A DNA stretch of 58,883 nt, filler included, from 7 parts of 7 records of this genome joined end to end with filler, not necessarily neighbours in it, one strand, 5' to 3'; counted from the first letter of the whole stretch, positions 11,028 to 22,326 are shown. Made by a program: numbers and translations. The notes: generated by a model not told the origin, from the sequence alone.

Positions 11028-12068
11028 ATGAAATTTGTAGATCAGGCTACGATATATGTTAAGTCGGGGAAAGGCGGGCCGGGATGCGCCAGCTTCCGCC
11101 GGGAAAAATATATTCCCCGAGGCGGGCCCGACGGAGGCGACGGCGGCAAGGGCGGCGACGTTATCCTCATCGCCGACTCCCAAAAAGACACCCTCTTTCG
11201 TTTCCACATGAATCAACATTTCCGGGCTGAAAACGGTCGGCCCGGAATGGGAAAAAACAGGCATGGAAAAAGCGGGGCCGACAGAATAATAGAATTACCC
11301 CTGGGCGTTATGGTTTATGACGCCGAAACGGGGGAACTGCTCACCGATCTGACTATTCCGGGAAAACCTTATGTTGCCGCCAGGGGCGGTCGAGGCGGTC
11401 GGGGCAATGCCCGGTTCGCCACTTCGACCAACCGCGCTCCCCGGCATTTTCAACCGGGCGAACCCGGCGAGGAACTGCGGATAAGGCTTGAACTCAAGCT
11501 TCTTGCCGACGCCGGGCTGGTCGGTCTGCCCAATGCCGGCAAATCAACCCTCATATCCAGACTTTCAGCGGCAAAACCCAAGATAGCCGATTATCCTTTT
11601 ACAACCCTTATCCCCAACCTGGGCGTTGTGCCGATCGACGGGTATAATTCCTTTGTCCTGGCCGATATACCGGGTCTGATTGAAGGGGCCAGCCAGGGGG
11701 CCGGGCTGGGTCACAGGTTTCTGAGGCACGTACAGCGTTGTCGCGTCCTGGTGCACCTGATAGACGCGGGCGATGTCGATCCCGATAATCCCCTGGCCGA
11801 CTTTAAAAAAGTGGAAGCCGAACTGGCGGCCTTTGATGATGAACTGGCCAATAAAAAGCGGATAGTGGCGGTCAGTAAAATGGACCTGACCGATTCGGAC
11901 ATAGCTTTGGCCTTGATTAAGGAAGCAATGCCCGATCAGAAAATTTACCCATTCAGCGCTGTCTCCGGAGAAGGGGTGGAACAGCTTAAATGGGCCATGT
12001 GGGAGCTTATCCGGGAAGAAGCGTCTCCGGAAGATGAATCGGACCTTGAAGACGGGGAATATCGGTAA
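11028..12068 (+). CDS. obgE: GTPase Obg/CgtA
   Basis: FRREKYIPRGGPDGGDGG, GLPNAGKST, YPFTT, DIPGL. Confidence 0.97.
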   Translation: MKFVDQATIYVKSGKGGPGCASFRREKYIPRGGPDGGDGGKGGDVILIADSQKDTLFRFHMNQHFRAENGRPGMGKNRHGKSGADRIIELPLGVMVYDAETGELLTDLTIPGKPYVAARGGRGGRGNARFATSTNRAPRHFQPGEPGEELRIRLELKLLADAGLVGLPNAGKSTLISRLSAAKPKIADYPFTTLIPNLGVVPIDGYNSFVLADIPGLIEGASQGAGLGHRFLRHVQRCRVLVHLIDAGDVDPDNPLADFKKVEAELAAFDDELANKKRIVAVSKMDLTDSDIALALIKEAMPDQKIYPFSAVSGEGVEQLKWAMWELIREEASPEDESDLEDGEYR

Positions 12069-12494
12069 TGTCAGATGCTACTTATCGAAGGGGCTTGATA
12101 TCCTCAGCAAAACGAATAGTCGTCAAAGTGGGCAGTGGAGTTCTGACCGGGGCGGGCGGGCTTAACACCAGGAGAGTCGGCTCCCTGGCCGGCCAGATAG
12201 CGGCCTGCCGGTCATTGGGCATAGAAGTTGTCCTGGTTTCATCCGGGGCGATTGCATCCGGATTCAAAAAAGTGGGTCTAAGCGAAAAACCGCAAACAGT
12301 CAGGCAACAGGCCGCGTGCGCGGCCGTGGGGCAGGCCGGTCTGGTTATGACCTATGAAAAGGCTTTTAAAAAAAGGGGCTACAAAGTCGCCCAGGTTTTA
12401 CTCACCGCCGACGATCTGTCTCACCGGCGGCGTTACCTGAACGCCCGCAACACCATGACCACCCTGCTTGAGTGGGGCGTCATTCCGATAATTA
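12068..12494 (+). CDS. proB: Glutamate 5-kinase (3' truncated at contig end)
   Basis: VVKVGS, VSSGAI, AAVGQ, YLNARNT; TAATG overlap with obgE. Confidence 0.95.
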
Positions 12495-12594
12495 NNNNNN
12501 NNNNNNNNNNNNNNNNNNNNNNNNNNNNNNNNNNNNNNTTAATTAATTAANNNNNNNNNNNNNNNNNNNNNNNNNNNNNNNNNNNNNNNNNNNN
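12495..12594. other. Artificial contig spacer
   Basis: N-run, TTAATTAATTAA (stops in all six frames), N-run; 100 nt. Confidence 0.97.
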
Positions 12595-12646
12595 CCCGTT
12601 TGTTTGCCGTGTTCCAAGCCCGCGACGGCGGGCCGAGGTGCACGAT

Positions 12647-14218
12647 CTAGTGCCGGAAGTGCCGCATGCCGGTGAAGACCATGGCCAGGCCGGCTTCGTC
12701 GGCCGCCGCGATGACCTCGTTGTCGCGCATGCTGCCGCCGGGCTGGATCACCGCCGTGGCGCCGGCTTCGGCCGCCGCCATCAAACCGTCGGCAAACGGG
12801 AAGAAGGCGTCGGACGCCACCACCGATCCCAGGGTCCGGGTCTTGTCCTCGCCGGCCGCTTCCGACGCTTCCTTCGATTTCCAGGCGGCGATGCGGGCCG
12901 AATCGACCCGGCTCATCTGCCCCGCCCCGCCGCCGACCAGGGCGCCGTCCTTGACGTAGACGATGGCGTTCGACTTGACGTGCTTGCAGATGGCAAAGGC
13001 GAACAGAAGGTCGGTCATTTCCCGATCGCTCGGCTTGCGCTTGGTGACCACCTTGAGCTCGTCGGTGGTGACTGCGTTGTCCCGGGTCTGCAGCAGATAA
13101 CCGCCGGAAAGTGAGCGCAGGGTCATGCCCGGCGCTTTTGCATCCGGCATGCCGCCGGTACGAAGCACCCGAAGATTCTTCTTGGCGCCGAGAATCTCGC
13201 GGGCCTCGGCGCCGATTTCCGGTGCGATCACCACTTCGGCGAACAGTTTGGCGATTTCTTCCGCCGTCTCGCCGTCCAGCTCGCGGTTCAGCGCGATGAT
13301 GCCGCCGAAGGCGCTGACGGGGTCGCAGGCCAGGGCCTTCAGATAGGCGTCCTTCAGGGAACCGCCGAGGGCGCAGCCGCAGGGATTGGCGTGTTTGATG
13401 ATGGCGCAGGCGGTTTCATCGAACTCGCCGACCAGCTCGAAGGCGGCGTCGGTGTCGTTGAAGTTGTTGAAGCTCAGTTCCTTGCCCTGAAGCTGCTCGG
13501 CTGTGGCGACTCCAGGTCGTGCTTCGCCGGTGACGTAGAAGGCGGCCTCCTGGTGCGGGTTCTCGCCATAACGCAGGGTCTGCTTCAGCTCGCCGGCAAA
13601 GGTGGCGCGTTTCGGGAAGGTCTGACCCAACTGGCCGGCGAACCAGGAAGAGATGGCTGCATCGTAGGCGCCGGTGCGGGCATAGGCCGCGGCGGCCAGT
13701 TTGCGGCGGAATTCGGCCGTCGTGGCGCCGTCGTTCGCGGTCATCTCGGCGATCACGGTTGCGTAGTCGGACGGGTCGACGACGACGGTCACCGAATCGT
13801 GGTTCTTGGCGGCGGCGCGGATCATGCCGGGACCGCCGATATCGATGTTTTCGATGCAGGTGGCGAAGTCGGCGCCCTTGGCGACGGTCGCCTCGAACGG
13901 ATACAGATTGACCGCCAACAGATCGATCGGCGCGATACCATGGGTTTCCATGGCCGCTTCATGTTCGGCATTGCCGCGGATGGCCAGCAGGCCGCCGTGG
14001 ATTTTCGGATGCAGCGTCTTGACCCGGCCATCCATGATTTCAGGAAAACCGGTGTGTTCCGAAACCTCGGTCACCGGAACGCCGGCACCCGACAAGGCTT
14101 TGGCCGAGCCGCCGGTCGACAGGATCTCGACACCGGAATCAGCCAGAAAGCGGCCGAATTCGACAAGCCCGCTTTTGTCGGACACGGATATCAAGGCACG
14201 GCGGATGGGTCGGTCCAT
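12647..14218 (-). CDS. purH: Bifunctional AICAR transformylase/IMP cyclohydrolase
   Basis: [54 protein letters not shown] precedes ATG 14218. Confidence 0.97.
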   Translation of the reverse strand: MDRPIRRALISVSDKSGLVEFGRFLADSGVEILSTGGSAKALSGAGVPVTEVSEHTGFPEIMDGRVKTLHPKIHGGLLAIRGNAEHEAAMETHGIAPIDLLAVNLYPFEATVAKGADFATCIENIDIGGPGMIRAAAKNHDSVTVVVDPSDYATVIAEMTANDGATTAEFRRKLAAAAYARTGAYDAAISSWFAGQLGQTFPKRATFAGELKQTLRYGENPHQEAAFYVTGEARPGVATAEQLQGKELSFNNFNDTDAAFELVGEFDETACAIIKHANPCGCALGGSLKDAYLKALACDPVSAFGGIIALNRELDGETAEEIAKLFAEVVIAPEIGAEAREILGAKKNLRVLRTGGMPDAKAPGMTLRSLSGGYLLQTRDNAVTTDELKVVTKRKPSDREMTDLLFAFAICKHVKSNAIVYVKDGALVGGGAGQMSRVDSARIAAWKSKEASEAAGEDKTRTLGSVVASDAFFPFADGLMAAAEAGATAVIQPGGSMRDNEVIAAADEAGLAMVFTGMRHFRH

Positions 14219-14293
14219 CTGTTTCCTCCAATTCTTTTTCGTCTCGGGTGGACCGTTGCGGTCCGACATTACTTAAAAAAATAAGCCGCCCTA

Positions 14294-16219
14294 TTAGGCG
14301 GCGGTTTCGGCCGATTGTTCAGAGGCCGCGGCGTATTCGGGAACCAGCGTCGAAATCGCCTCAACGAGTTTGGGCGCATCGGCCTGCCGGCTGGCTTCGG
14401 CCAGGGCGGTCACCGATTGGCTGATGGCGTCGATGTCGGCGGCCCTGGGTTCGGCCATCATGATTCCGGCATAGGGCGTTTCAACCAGGGTTTCGCTGTC
14501 GTGGAACAATTCCTCGGTCAGTTTCTCTCCGGGGCGCAGGCCGACGATTTCGATGTCGATATCTTCGCCGGGACGCAACCCGGCCAGGCGGATCATCTGT
14601 TGCGCCAACTCCAGGATGCCGACCGGCTGACCCATTTCAAGAATGAAGATGTGCCCCGCATATTCCGCCCGGTCGGCACCGAGCGCCGAGGCCTCAAGCA
14701 CCAGTTCGACCGCTTCGCGGATGGTCATGAAATAACGGGTCATATCCGGGTGCGTCACCGTCAGCGGGCCGCCCGATGCCAACTGGTGCTGGAAAAGCGG
14801 GACCACCGAACCCGTCGACCCCAAAACATTGCCGAACCGTACGGTCACATACCGTGTCGCGGCCCCTTTCCCGGCTCGGCCCGTTTCCAGATCCAGGGAC
14901 TGGCAGACCTGCTCGGCAATGCGCTTCGTCGCTCCCATCACGTTGGTCGGATTGACCGCCTTGTCGCTGGAAATCAGCACCATCACGGAAACGCCGGTTT
15001 CGCGGCAAACGCGAGCGACGTTGGCGGTGCCGATGACATTCGTCATCACGCCTTCGAACGGATTGGCCTCGACCAGCGGCACGTGTTTCAGGGCGGCGGC
15101 GTGAAATACCAGTTCGGGTTTCTGGTCCTTGAAAAGGTGACGCAGTTTGGCTTCGTCCCGGACGTCGGCGATGACGGCGGCACGCGGCACTTCCGGATGC
15201 CGTTCCGAAACCTCATGGTCGATCTGATAGAGCGCAAATTCGGAACTATCCAGAAGCACCAGGCTTTGCGGCCCGAAACCACAGATCTGGCGTACAAGTT
15301 CGCTGCCGATGCTTCCGCCGGCGCCGGTCACCAGGACGCGCCGTCCCGAAATAAGACCGGCCATGGCCTCGCGGTCGAGCGGCATCTGCGGCCGCCCGAG
15401 CAGATCCTCGACGGCGACCGGTTTGATCTCCACCTTGTCCTCGATACCGGAACGGAAATCGGTCAGGTTCGGAATTCGGGCCAGAGCCATACCCAATGCG
15501 TCGGCGTCGTCCAACAACTTGCGCACGCGAGGCCCGTCCAAATCTTCCGCTGTCAGGACCAGCCGTTGCGGCCGCCTGCCTTGTGCCGACAGACGCTTGA
15601 CCACATCGGTCAGATCCTCGGTCGTACCGAGCACTTCGATCCCATGGATGACCCGGCCGACACGCCCGTCCCGTTCCGATACGATCCCGACGACTCGATA
15701 GACGGCATCGCGTGGTCTGGACACGGCGCGGATGAACAACTCGGCGCGATCACCCGAACCGACCAGCAGGACCGGAATGCGGTGCACGCCTTCCGCCTCC
15801 AGGCGAAAATCGATGCGACGGTCCTTGTACAGCCGGTAAAGAAACCGCGGCCCCCCGAGAAGGGCCATCAGCACGAACCAGTTGATAAACGGAAGCGATC
15901 TTGGCAAGCCGTCCAGACGCGTCCACAGGAACATGACCGCCAGGAACACCAGGATGACCAGGGTCGAGGCGCGGGCGATCGCCCACAGGTCGTTCAAGGA
16001 TGCATAACGCCAGACGCCCCGGTAAAGGCCCATGAACCAAAAAACGATTGCAGCAATAACGGTAAACGTGAGGGTGCCGCGCAGCAGCAGATCGGTCGAA
16101 TAAACAAAGACGATATCGCCGACCCGAAGATAAACCGACACCGCGAACGCCAACGCCGCCATCACGATATCGTGGGCGAAGGCTACAGTACCTCTCGCGG
16201 AAATCCGGGCGAGCATCAA
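14294..16219 (-). CDS. Membrane-anchored nucleoside-diphosphate sugar 4,6-dehydratase (CapD/WbpM family)
   Basis: Four N-terminal TM helices, EDLLGR, TGAGGSIGSE, HAAALKHVP, DKAVNPTNVMGATKR, RFGNVLGS, RPGEK. Confidence 0.92.
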   Translation of the reverse strand: MMLARISARGTVAFAHDIVMAALAFAVSVYLRVGDIVFVYSTDLLLRGTLTFTVIAAIVFWFMGLYRGVWRYASLNDLWAIARASTLVILVFLAVMFLWTRLDGLPRSLPFINWFVLMALLGGPRFLYRLYKDRRIDFRLEAEGVHRIPVLLVGSGDRAELFIRAVSRPRDAVYRVVGIVSERDGRVGRVIHGIEVLGTTEDLTDVVKRLSAQGRRPQRLVLTAEDLDGPRVRKLLDDADALGMALARIPNLTDFRSGIEDKVEIKPVAVEDLLGRPQMPLDREAMAGLISGRRVLVTGAGGSIGSELVRQICGFGPQSLVLLDSSEFALYQIDHEVSERHPEVPRAAVIADVRDEAKLRHLFKDQKPELVFHAAALKHVPLVEANPFEGVMTNVIGTANVARVCRETGVSVMVLISSDKAVNPTNVMGATKRIAEQVCQSLDLETGRAGKGAATRYVTVRFGNVLGSTGSVVPLFQHQLASGGPLTVTHPDMTRYFMTIREAVELVLEASALGADRAEYAGHIFILEMGQPVGILELAQQMIRLAGLRPGEDIDIEIVGLRPGEKLTEELFHDSETLVETPYAGIMMAEPRAADIDAISQSVTALAEASRQADAPKLVEAISTLVPEYAAASEQSAETAA

Positions 16220-16238
16220 TCGGTCTCTACGGAACCCC

Positions 16239-17198
16239 CTATCGGTCCGCCTGGCGAAGGTACCAGGCGGCCGTTTCGCGCAGCCCTTCTACCACGCTCT
16301 GGGGCGGTTGCCACGCTAGAATTTTGCGGATTTTGCGATCGTCGATCCGCAGCGAACCGAGCAGGCGCTCGGCCGCCGCAGAACGGCCGACCAGTCGCGC
16401 CGCAACGCGCAACAATCCCTGCGGTACCGGCAACAGGCGGGCCGGCCTGTCAAGGGCTTTGGCGATATGTCTGATCAGGTCCGGTGTCGAAAGGTCCTCG
16501 CCGTCAGCGATTACGAAGGTCTGTCCGGCAGCCTGCGGGGTCTCCAGACAGGTGCGGATTCCATCGGCGAGGTTGGCAACCGAAATAAAGCTGCGGCGAT
16601 TCCGGATATTGGCCAGCGGCAACGGCAGCGACCGCGCACAGATATTCAGAAGGCTCAGGAAATTGCCTTTTACGCCGGGGCCGTAGACCAGGGGCGGCCT
16701 GATGACGACGGTTTCCAGTCCGCCGGTCGAGGTGGTCTCGGCCAAGGCGCGTTCGGCCTCCCATTTGGTGATGCCGTAGGCGTCTTCTGGCATCGGTTCG
16801 AACGCCTCGGTAAAAGCGCATCCGGTGGTTCTCTCGCCATTGACCTTGATGCTGCTGAGGTAAACCAGGCGGCGTACTCCGGCCTCTTGGGCGGCTTCCG
16901 CCAGTCGCCGTGTGCCTTCGACATTGAGGTGCCGATAGGCGGCCAAAGGATCGGCCGCGGTTTCGCGCATGACATGGGTGCGTGCCGCCATGTGAACGAC
17001 TCCTTCGATGCCGTCCAATGCGGCAGTCCAGTCGCTGTCGGGACCGATGTCTTCAAGCGGCGTCGTTTCCACGCCGTTCGGCGGGGTCCAGTTTTCCGAC
17101 GGCCGCGCAACCGCTCGGATTTCATGCCCTGCTTCTATCAGTGCCGGCAGCAGGGCCGATCCAACAAAACCGGAAGCGCCAGTTACCAATACGCGCAT
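16239..17198 (-). CDS. NAD-dependent sugar epimerase/dehydratase (WbpV-like SDR)
   Basis: TGASGFVG, SSIKVNGE, YGITK (YxxxK), RPPLVYGPGVKGNF. Confidence 0.9.
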   Translation of the reverse strand: MRVLVTGASGFVGSALLPALIEAGHEIRAVARPSENWTPPNGVETTPLEDIGPDSDWTAALDGIEGVVHMAARTHVMRETAADPLAAYRHLNVEGTRRLAEAAQEAGVRRLVYLSSIKVNGERTTGCAFTEAFEPMPEDAYGITKWEAERALAETTSTGGLETVVIRPPLVYGPGVKGNFLSLLNICARSLPLPLANIRNRRSFISVANLADGIRTCLETPQAAGQTFVIADGEDLSTPDLIRHIAKALDRPARLLPVPQGLLRVAARLVGRSAAAERLLGSLRIDDRKIRKILAWQPPQSVVEGLRETAAWYLRQADR

Positions 17199-18460
17199 CA
17201 GGCCACTCCCTTGACCTGGAGGCCGGCCTGCACCCCTTGCCCGGTCGCGGCCAATTCCAGAACTTTCTCCATCTCGCGGGCCTGGCGCTCCCGCGAAAAC
17301 CGGGGAGCGGCGGCCACGCTTTGGGCGGACAACTCGGAAAGCAAGGCGGGGTCGTCCTTCAATCTTTTGACGGCGATGGCCAGGGCATCCGGGTTTTCGG
17401 CGGGAACATGAAGGCCGGCGGCGCTACCCTTGACGATGTCGCTGGCCTCGCCTGCGGGTGCGGCCAGCAAAACCGGCAGGCCCATGCCCATGGCTTCGAA
17501 GATTTTCGACGGAATAACGCCTGCGAAGACCGGCGAGTCCTTCAGATGAACCAACGCGACGTCGCACAGGGACCAAACTGCCGGCATGCGATCCTTCGGT
17601 TGCGGCGGCATGAAAACGACGTTCTCAAGCCGGCGGGCCTTGGCGTCGGCCATCAGGGCATCGCGTTCGGCTCCGGCTCCGGCCAAAAGAAACCGGATTT
17701 CCGGCACGTCGCGCAGTCTGTCGGCTGCGTTCAGAACGTTGCCGAGGGCATGCGCCATGCCGTGGGTGCCGACATAACCGACAACGAACTTCCCGTTGAG
17801 GCCCCATTCGCTGGCCAGTGTCTCATCGGTTTGGCGCGGACCGTAACGCGGCAGATCGACACCGTTGACAACGACGGCGATCTTGTCGGGGGAGATCCCC
17901 CGGGCGGTCAGGTTCTCCTTGAAGGAACGGGTCAATGCCGCCACCGCCGCCGAGCGGCGATAAAGAAACAGCTCCAGCTTTTCGACGGCACGCAAGGCCG
18001 GATTGCGGCCCATGGCGCCGACCGCCGAAATCGAAGCCGGCCACAGATCGCCCAGCTCGAACACAAAGGGAACACCGCGCAGGGCGCCGACGGCCCAGCC
18101 GGCGACGGCGGCGAAGAACTGCGGCGAAGTCGCGGCGACGACATCGGGCCGGGATTGCAGGACGCCGCCCAGGATGCTGCTTGGTAAAAAGCTCAGGAAA
18201 TCGAGGCTCCGTCGAACAACGCCGCGATTGGCGGAGATGAAGGTCTTTACCCGAACCACCCGAATTCCCGACATCTGCTCGGTTTGAATCCAGCGGTTGC
18301 GATAGCCGTCGAACACCTTGCCGTGGGGAAAATTCGGCGCGCAGGTGATGATCGTGACATCATGGCCCCATTGTGCCCAATAGCAGGCCCGCTCGAACAC
18401 GCGCGTCGCCGCCGCGTTGGTCTCGGGAGGAAAATTTTCGGTCAGGAACAGAATTTTCAC
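17198..18460 (-). CDS. Glycosyltransferase family 4 (WbuB-like)
   Basis: KILFLTENFPPE, YVGTHGMAH, PSKIFEAMGMG; true start is GTG 18460 (GTGA overlap with upstream gene), not 19075. Confidence 0.9.
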   Translation of the reverse strand: MKILFLTENFPPETNAAATRVFERACYWAQWGHDVTIITCAPNFPHGKVFDGYRNRWIQTEQMSGIRVVRVKTFISANRGVVRRSLDFLSFLPSSILGGVLQSRPDVVAATSPQFFAAVAGWAVGALRGVPFVFELGDLWPASISAVGAMGRNPALRAVEKLELFLYRRSAAVAALTRSFKENLTARGISPDKIAVVVNGVDLPRYGPRQTDETLASEWGLNGKFVVGYVGTHGMAHALGNVLNAADRLRDVPEIRFLLAGAGAERDALMADAKARRLENVVFMPPQPKDRMPAVWSLCDVALVHLKDSPVFAGVIPSKIFEAMGMGLPVLLAAPAGEASDIVKGSAAGLHVPAENPDALAIAVKRLKDDPALLSELSAQSVAAAPRFSRERQAREMEKVLELAATGQGVQAGLQVKGVA

Positions 18461-19473
18461 GGTGTTTTTCCCCCGATGACGCCGGCGCCGCCACGAAGGA
18501 ACATCAGGAATCCGGCGACGACGACCACCGTTACCGCCAATGCCGGAGCTACCCAACCAATGACGGCCAAAGCGGCGGCTGCGACCAAGACCATTTTGAT
18601 CACGAAGACGGACAGGGAAACCCGGGCATGGCCGGCGCCCTTCTTGATGGCCTGCTGATAGAAATGTTCGCGATGCGGACGCCAAACCTTCTCGCCGCGC
18701 AGGGCCCGGCGGCTCAGGGTCGTGGTGGCGTCGGCCAGGTAATAGGCCGGGATGATCAGCGCCGCCGCCCATTGCCCGCTCGATGCCAGGGCAAGCAGCA
18801 GCCAGCCGAGCAGGAATCCCAACGGCACACTGCCGACATCGCCGAGGAAGATCTTTGCCGGATGCCAGTTCCAGCGCAGAAATCCGATAGCCGCTGCGGC
18901 CAGCACCAAGGCAAATAGGGTGAGAGGTCCGGAAATCCCGGCTAGCACCGCAGCAATCGCGATACCGGCGCCGGTGCCGGCGGTTTCGACGGCAGCGATG
19001 CCATCGATGCCGTCCATGAAATTGAACAGGTTGATGTACCAGAGCCAAAGGAGGGCGGCGGCGGCGATATCCCAATACCCCGGAAACAAGCCGGCGAAAT
19101 AAGGGCCTTGCCCCGGCACCAGGACGAGAGCCACGCCGACCGCGACCGCTTGGCCCATGAGCCGGACTACTGGGGACAGACCGCGCAAATCATCGATCCA
19201 GGAAAGGCCGCCGAGTGCCAATGCCAAACCACCCAGAGCCCAAGCCGATGCCTGGCCCGAGCCAAGCCAATGGGCGGCAACCAGCCAGCCCATAATGACA
19301 ACGGGAACGACACCCCAGCCGCCGCCCCTCGGCGTCGGTATGTCGTGGCTGCTGCGTTCGTTCGGATGATCCAGAATGGCGCGACGAGCGAGGGCTTTCC
19401 GCACGGTGCCGGTCAGACCCAGCGTCGCGGCGAAAATGGCTGCACAGAAAATCACGGTTGCGCTTGCGCTCAT
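18457..19473 (-). CDS. Undecaprenyl-phosphate N-acetylhexosamine-1-phosphate transferase (MraY/WecA/WbpL family)
   Basis: DHPNERSSH..PTPRGGG, IDD, NLFNFMDGIDG, IFLGDVGS, HREHFYQ. Confidence 0.9.
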   Translation of the reverse strand: MSASATVIFCAAIFAATLGLTGTVRKALARRAILDHPNERSSHDIPTPRGGGWGVVPVVIMGWLVAAHWLGSGQASAWALGGLALALGGLSWIDDLRGLSPVVRLMGQAVAVGVALVLVPGQGPYFAGLFPGYWDIAAAALLWLWYINLFNFMDGIDGIAAVETAGTGAGIAIAAVLAGISGPLTLFALVLAAAAIGFLRWNWHPAKIFLGDVGSVPLGFLLGWLLLALASSGQWAAALIIPAYYLADATTTLSRRALRGEKVWRPHREHFYQQAIKKGAGHARVSLSVFVIKMVLVAAAALAVIGWVAPALAVTVVVVAGFLMFLRGGAGVIGGKTP

Positions 19474-19508
19474 CGCCAACCTGTATAACCGAGGCGGCAG
19501 GCAGGTAC

Positions 19509-19537
19509 AAAAAAAAGCGCCCGTCCCAGGAGCGCTC
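19509..19537 (-). terminator. Rho-independent terminator after asnB-like gene
   Basis: AGCGCTC-CTGGGAC-GGGCGCT followed by a T run on the minus strand. Confidence 0.6.
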
Positions 19538-19563
19538 CAATGGTATGGCGATTTTTCAAGGAC

Positions 19564-19852
19564 TTAGGCCAAGCCGGTGCGCCAAGCGTCCAGAACCAGC
19601 AGAGACCAGATCTTGAGCGCATGATCGCGCCGACCCCGTTTGTGTTCCTCAAGAAGTTTTTTAACCGCGGGCCACTCGAGTCCGGCCGCTTCCATCGATG
19701 TCTTGACCAGACGATCGGCGACCATTTCGGCGAGATCGGTTTTCAACCAAACGCCCATGGGCGGGTTGAAGCCGCGTTTTGGCCTTTCGACAATATTTTT
19801 CGGCAGAAGGCGATGGGCAACCGCCTTCAGCACCGTTTTCAGACCGCCCTGG
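19564..19852 (-). CDS. asnB: Asparagine synthase-like amidotransferase, C-terminal fragment
   Basis: LLPKNIVERPKRGFNPPMGVW and EHKRGRRDHALKIWSLLVL. Confidence 0.8.
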
Positions 19853-19952
19853 NNNNNNNNNNNNNNNNNNNNNNNNNNNNNNNNNNNNNNNNNNNNTTAA
19901 TTAATTAANNNNNNNNNNNNNNNNNNNNNNNNNNNNNNNNNNNNNNNNNNNN
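19853..19952. other. Artificial contig spacer
   Basis: Same N/TTAATTAATTAA/N spacer. Confidence 0.97.
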
Positions 19953-20905
19953 GTGCCCGTCACCCAGGCCCGGCCGGAAATTGAAGGGATAACGGCTTCC
20001 ACATCTCCCACCCTGGCCAAGGATTCAATCCGGCAGTGAAATCGGGAGCCGATCACAGATTCCCCGATATAATGGTCACCGACCTTGAGCTGCCCCCGCC
20101 TGGCCAGTACCGCCATTCTGGCCGAACACCCGGTTCCCGTGGGGGACCGGTCCAGCTTTCCCGGCTGGATGGAAACGGCATTCCGTCCCTTGAGGATGCC
20201 CTTTTCCGCCACCAGGGGGGCGGCGATCTGACAGAATGATATATGATCCCAGTCCGGGTTTTCAGGATGAACAAATCCAAGCTGCTCGGTGGCGGCATTG
20301 GTTATTTTTATGCCTGCTTCGGCCATCTCCCTGGCCTCGTCCGGTCTCACCTCAAAGCCCAGTTCCACAGCATCCGCAATGACGAAGGAATCCCCTCCGT
20401 ATGCCGTATCCACCGTCAGGGTCCCCATTCCCTCCACCTCCAGGGGAACATCCAGTTTATGGACAAAGGACGGGACATTGTGAACGGTCATTCTTTTCAC
20501 CTTCCCGTCTTTGCAGTCGGCAACGGCCCGGATCAGCCCTCCCGGGGCTTCCAGGGTGAGAATGGTTCGGGGTTCTTCCATGGGCAGGATACCGGCTTCC
20601 AGCAATACCGTTGATACGCAGATGCTGTTGGACCCGGACATGGGCGGGGTATCTTCCGGCTCCATGATGATCCACCCCATCTGGGCGTCGGGATGTTTGG
20701 GGGGAACCAGAAGGTTGACATGGCGGAATACCCCGCCTCTGGGTTCGTTGAGCATGAACTGCCTGAGGGTCTGGTCTTTGGCAATCCACCGGGATTGTTC
20801 CCATAGGGTCTCTCCCGGAGGCGGTGCAACCCCGCCCACAATGACATCCCCGACTTCCCCTTCTGCATGGCAGCTGACCGTATGAATGATTTTTGATGAC
20901 CGCAT
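19953..20905 (-). CDS. Proline racemase superfamily protein, Ser/Thr type (probable hydroxyproline dehydratase), 3' truncated
   Basis: [19 protein letters not shown] in place of [12 protein letters not shown] in place of DRSPCGTG. Confidence 0.88.
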
Positions 20906-21016
20906 GAACCACCTTTCCCAATTAGGAATTTAAATAAAAAATCCCATATCACTAATCCGGAACGGATTCCAGAACTTTCAGACGGAAAAAAGGGAGGTCC
21001 TGCCAGGAAGGCGTGT

Positions 21017-21059
21017 AAAAAAAAAGAATTCCCCTTTGCAAAAAAACAAAAGGGAATTC
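21017..21059 (-). terminator. Terminator-like hairpin between MFS and racemase-family gene
   Basis: GAATTCCCCTTTG/CAAAAGGGAATTC stem with a 9-nt A run on + (U tract on minus). Confidence 0.6.
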
Positions 21060-21069
21060 CAAAACAAGA

Positions 21070-22314
21070 TTAAGCGGGTACGGGTTCTCCCTCCTGCCCC
21101 CGTTTTGCCGTAAGGATTTTTATGCACACCCCGCTGCCGATGACGCACAGGGCAATGGCAACCATAAAGATATAAGTGTACCCCTTGTTCCCGAAGGCAT
21201 CCAGCAGATACCCGAAAAAAGGCGGAAAAAGCGCATCAGGGGTATATCCGATGATGCTGATCACAGCCACTGCAATCCCTGTCTTTTCCTTGGGAATCTG
21301 GGTTTCCTCAAGGCAGGAGAGCATGATGGTGTAAATAACAAGCCCGATGAATCCGAAAAACAAGGTCAGGGCGATCAATATGCTGTTAGAGGTGCCGGCC
21401 GGAAGGGTCAGCACAACAATAGTGGTGATGGCCACGAGCAAAAAACTGCCCAGGAGAACCGTGGCCGTGGACCCGTATTTATCTGCGGCCCAGCCGCTGA
21501 GGGGGCCGGTAAACAGCCGGAGTCCGTAGGCACGAATGGTGCCAATCACTCCGCCCATGGCAATGGATGCCCCGAGGACATTGGTGGTATAAGGCGTCAG
21601 ATACCCGATGCAAAGGTAGATGCCGTACCCGCAGAAAATAAGGGCCGTCATCAGCCATACCGCCGGAAGGGCCAGGGCTTCTTTTACTACAGCAAAGGTA
21701 ATTTTCTGGGGAGCGTCGGTGTCAACAACCGCGTCGGGATGACGTTTTAAGGTGGTGTGAATCAAAACGGCGGCAAAACCGATAAGGACCATTTGAAAAT
21801 AAAGCAGATGGGTAAACGCCGCCACAAGCTGATCCGGATTCATGGCCACAAGCTTTGCCCCGACAAATCCGATGAGGGTGGAAAACACCCCGGTGGCCCC
21901 GTAAAAGCAGCCGAACATTTTGGCCTGGTCTTCTCCGGCACCGGTCTCCCGGACAGCCTTCACCATTGCCACCCAGTACAATCCGGTCATGGCCCCTGAA
22001 ATAGCCCATGAAATGAGTCCGCCCGTGTAGTTAAGCTGAACAATAATGACAAGGTGGGCAATCAATTCGCCTACCAGTCCCACGGCAATGAGGGTGCCCG
22101 GCCTGAATTTGTCCGCAAGCACCCCGCCGGGGATATAGATCCCCATGGCAAAAATGGTGAATATGGTCATAAAGGACCCCAGTTCCTGGTTGGTAACCCC
22201 CATGGTTTTTGTGATCAGGTCATAGAGTTTAAAATGGATATAGGGCAGGGCCATAATGGATGAAAAACTCAAGCCGATAATGGCCAATTGCATGTATTGG
22301 CGTATTTTTGTCAT
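21070..22314 (-). CDS. MFS transporter
   Basis: About 12 TM helices, GGVLADKFRP and SGWAADKYG motif-A loops. Confidence 0.9.
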   Translation of the reverse strand: MTKIRQYMQLAIIGLSFSSIMALPYIHFKLYDLITKTMGVTNQELGSFMTIFTIFAMGIYIPGGVLADKFRPGTLIAVGLVGELIAHLVIIVQLNYTGGLISWAISGAMTGLYWVAMVKAVRETGAGEDQAKMFGCFYGATGVFSTLIGFVGAKLVAMNPDQLVAAFTHLLYFQMVLIGFAAVLIHTTLKRHPDAVVDTDAPQKITFAVVKEALALPAVWLMTALIFCGYGIYLCIGYLTPYTTNVLGASIAMGGVIGTIRAYGLRLFTGPLSGWAADKYGSTATVLLGSFLLVAITTIVVLTLPAGTSNSILIALTLFFGFIGLVIYTIMLSCLEETQIPKEKTGIAVAVISIIGYTPDALFPPFFGYLLDAFGNKGYTYIFMVAIALCVIGSGVCIKILTAKRGQEGEPVPA

Positions 22315-22326
22315 GATAAGCTCCTT

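Noticed and set aside
12539-12550. Recurring TTAATTAATTAA motif as a biological repeat or CRISPR
   Set aside because: Always centred in N runs at identical spacing; it is an artificial six-frame-stop linker.
14315-16474. 719-aa plus-strand ORF and other long antisense ORFs (e.g. 16982-18187, 8728-9810, 45990-46883, 51740-52687)
   Set aside because: Shadow frames opposite well-supported genes; expected from GC-rich codon bias; no recognisable motifs.
18461-19075. N-terminal 200 aa of the 625-aa ORF as a fused domain
   Set aside because: It is an alternate frame inside the MraY-like gene; the glycosyltransferase starts at GTG 18460.
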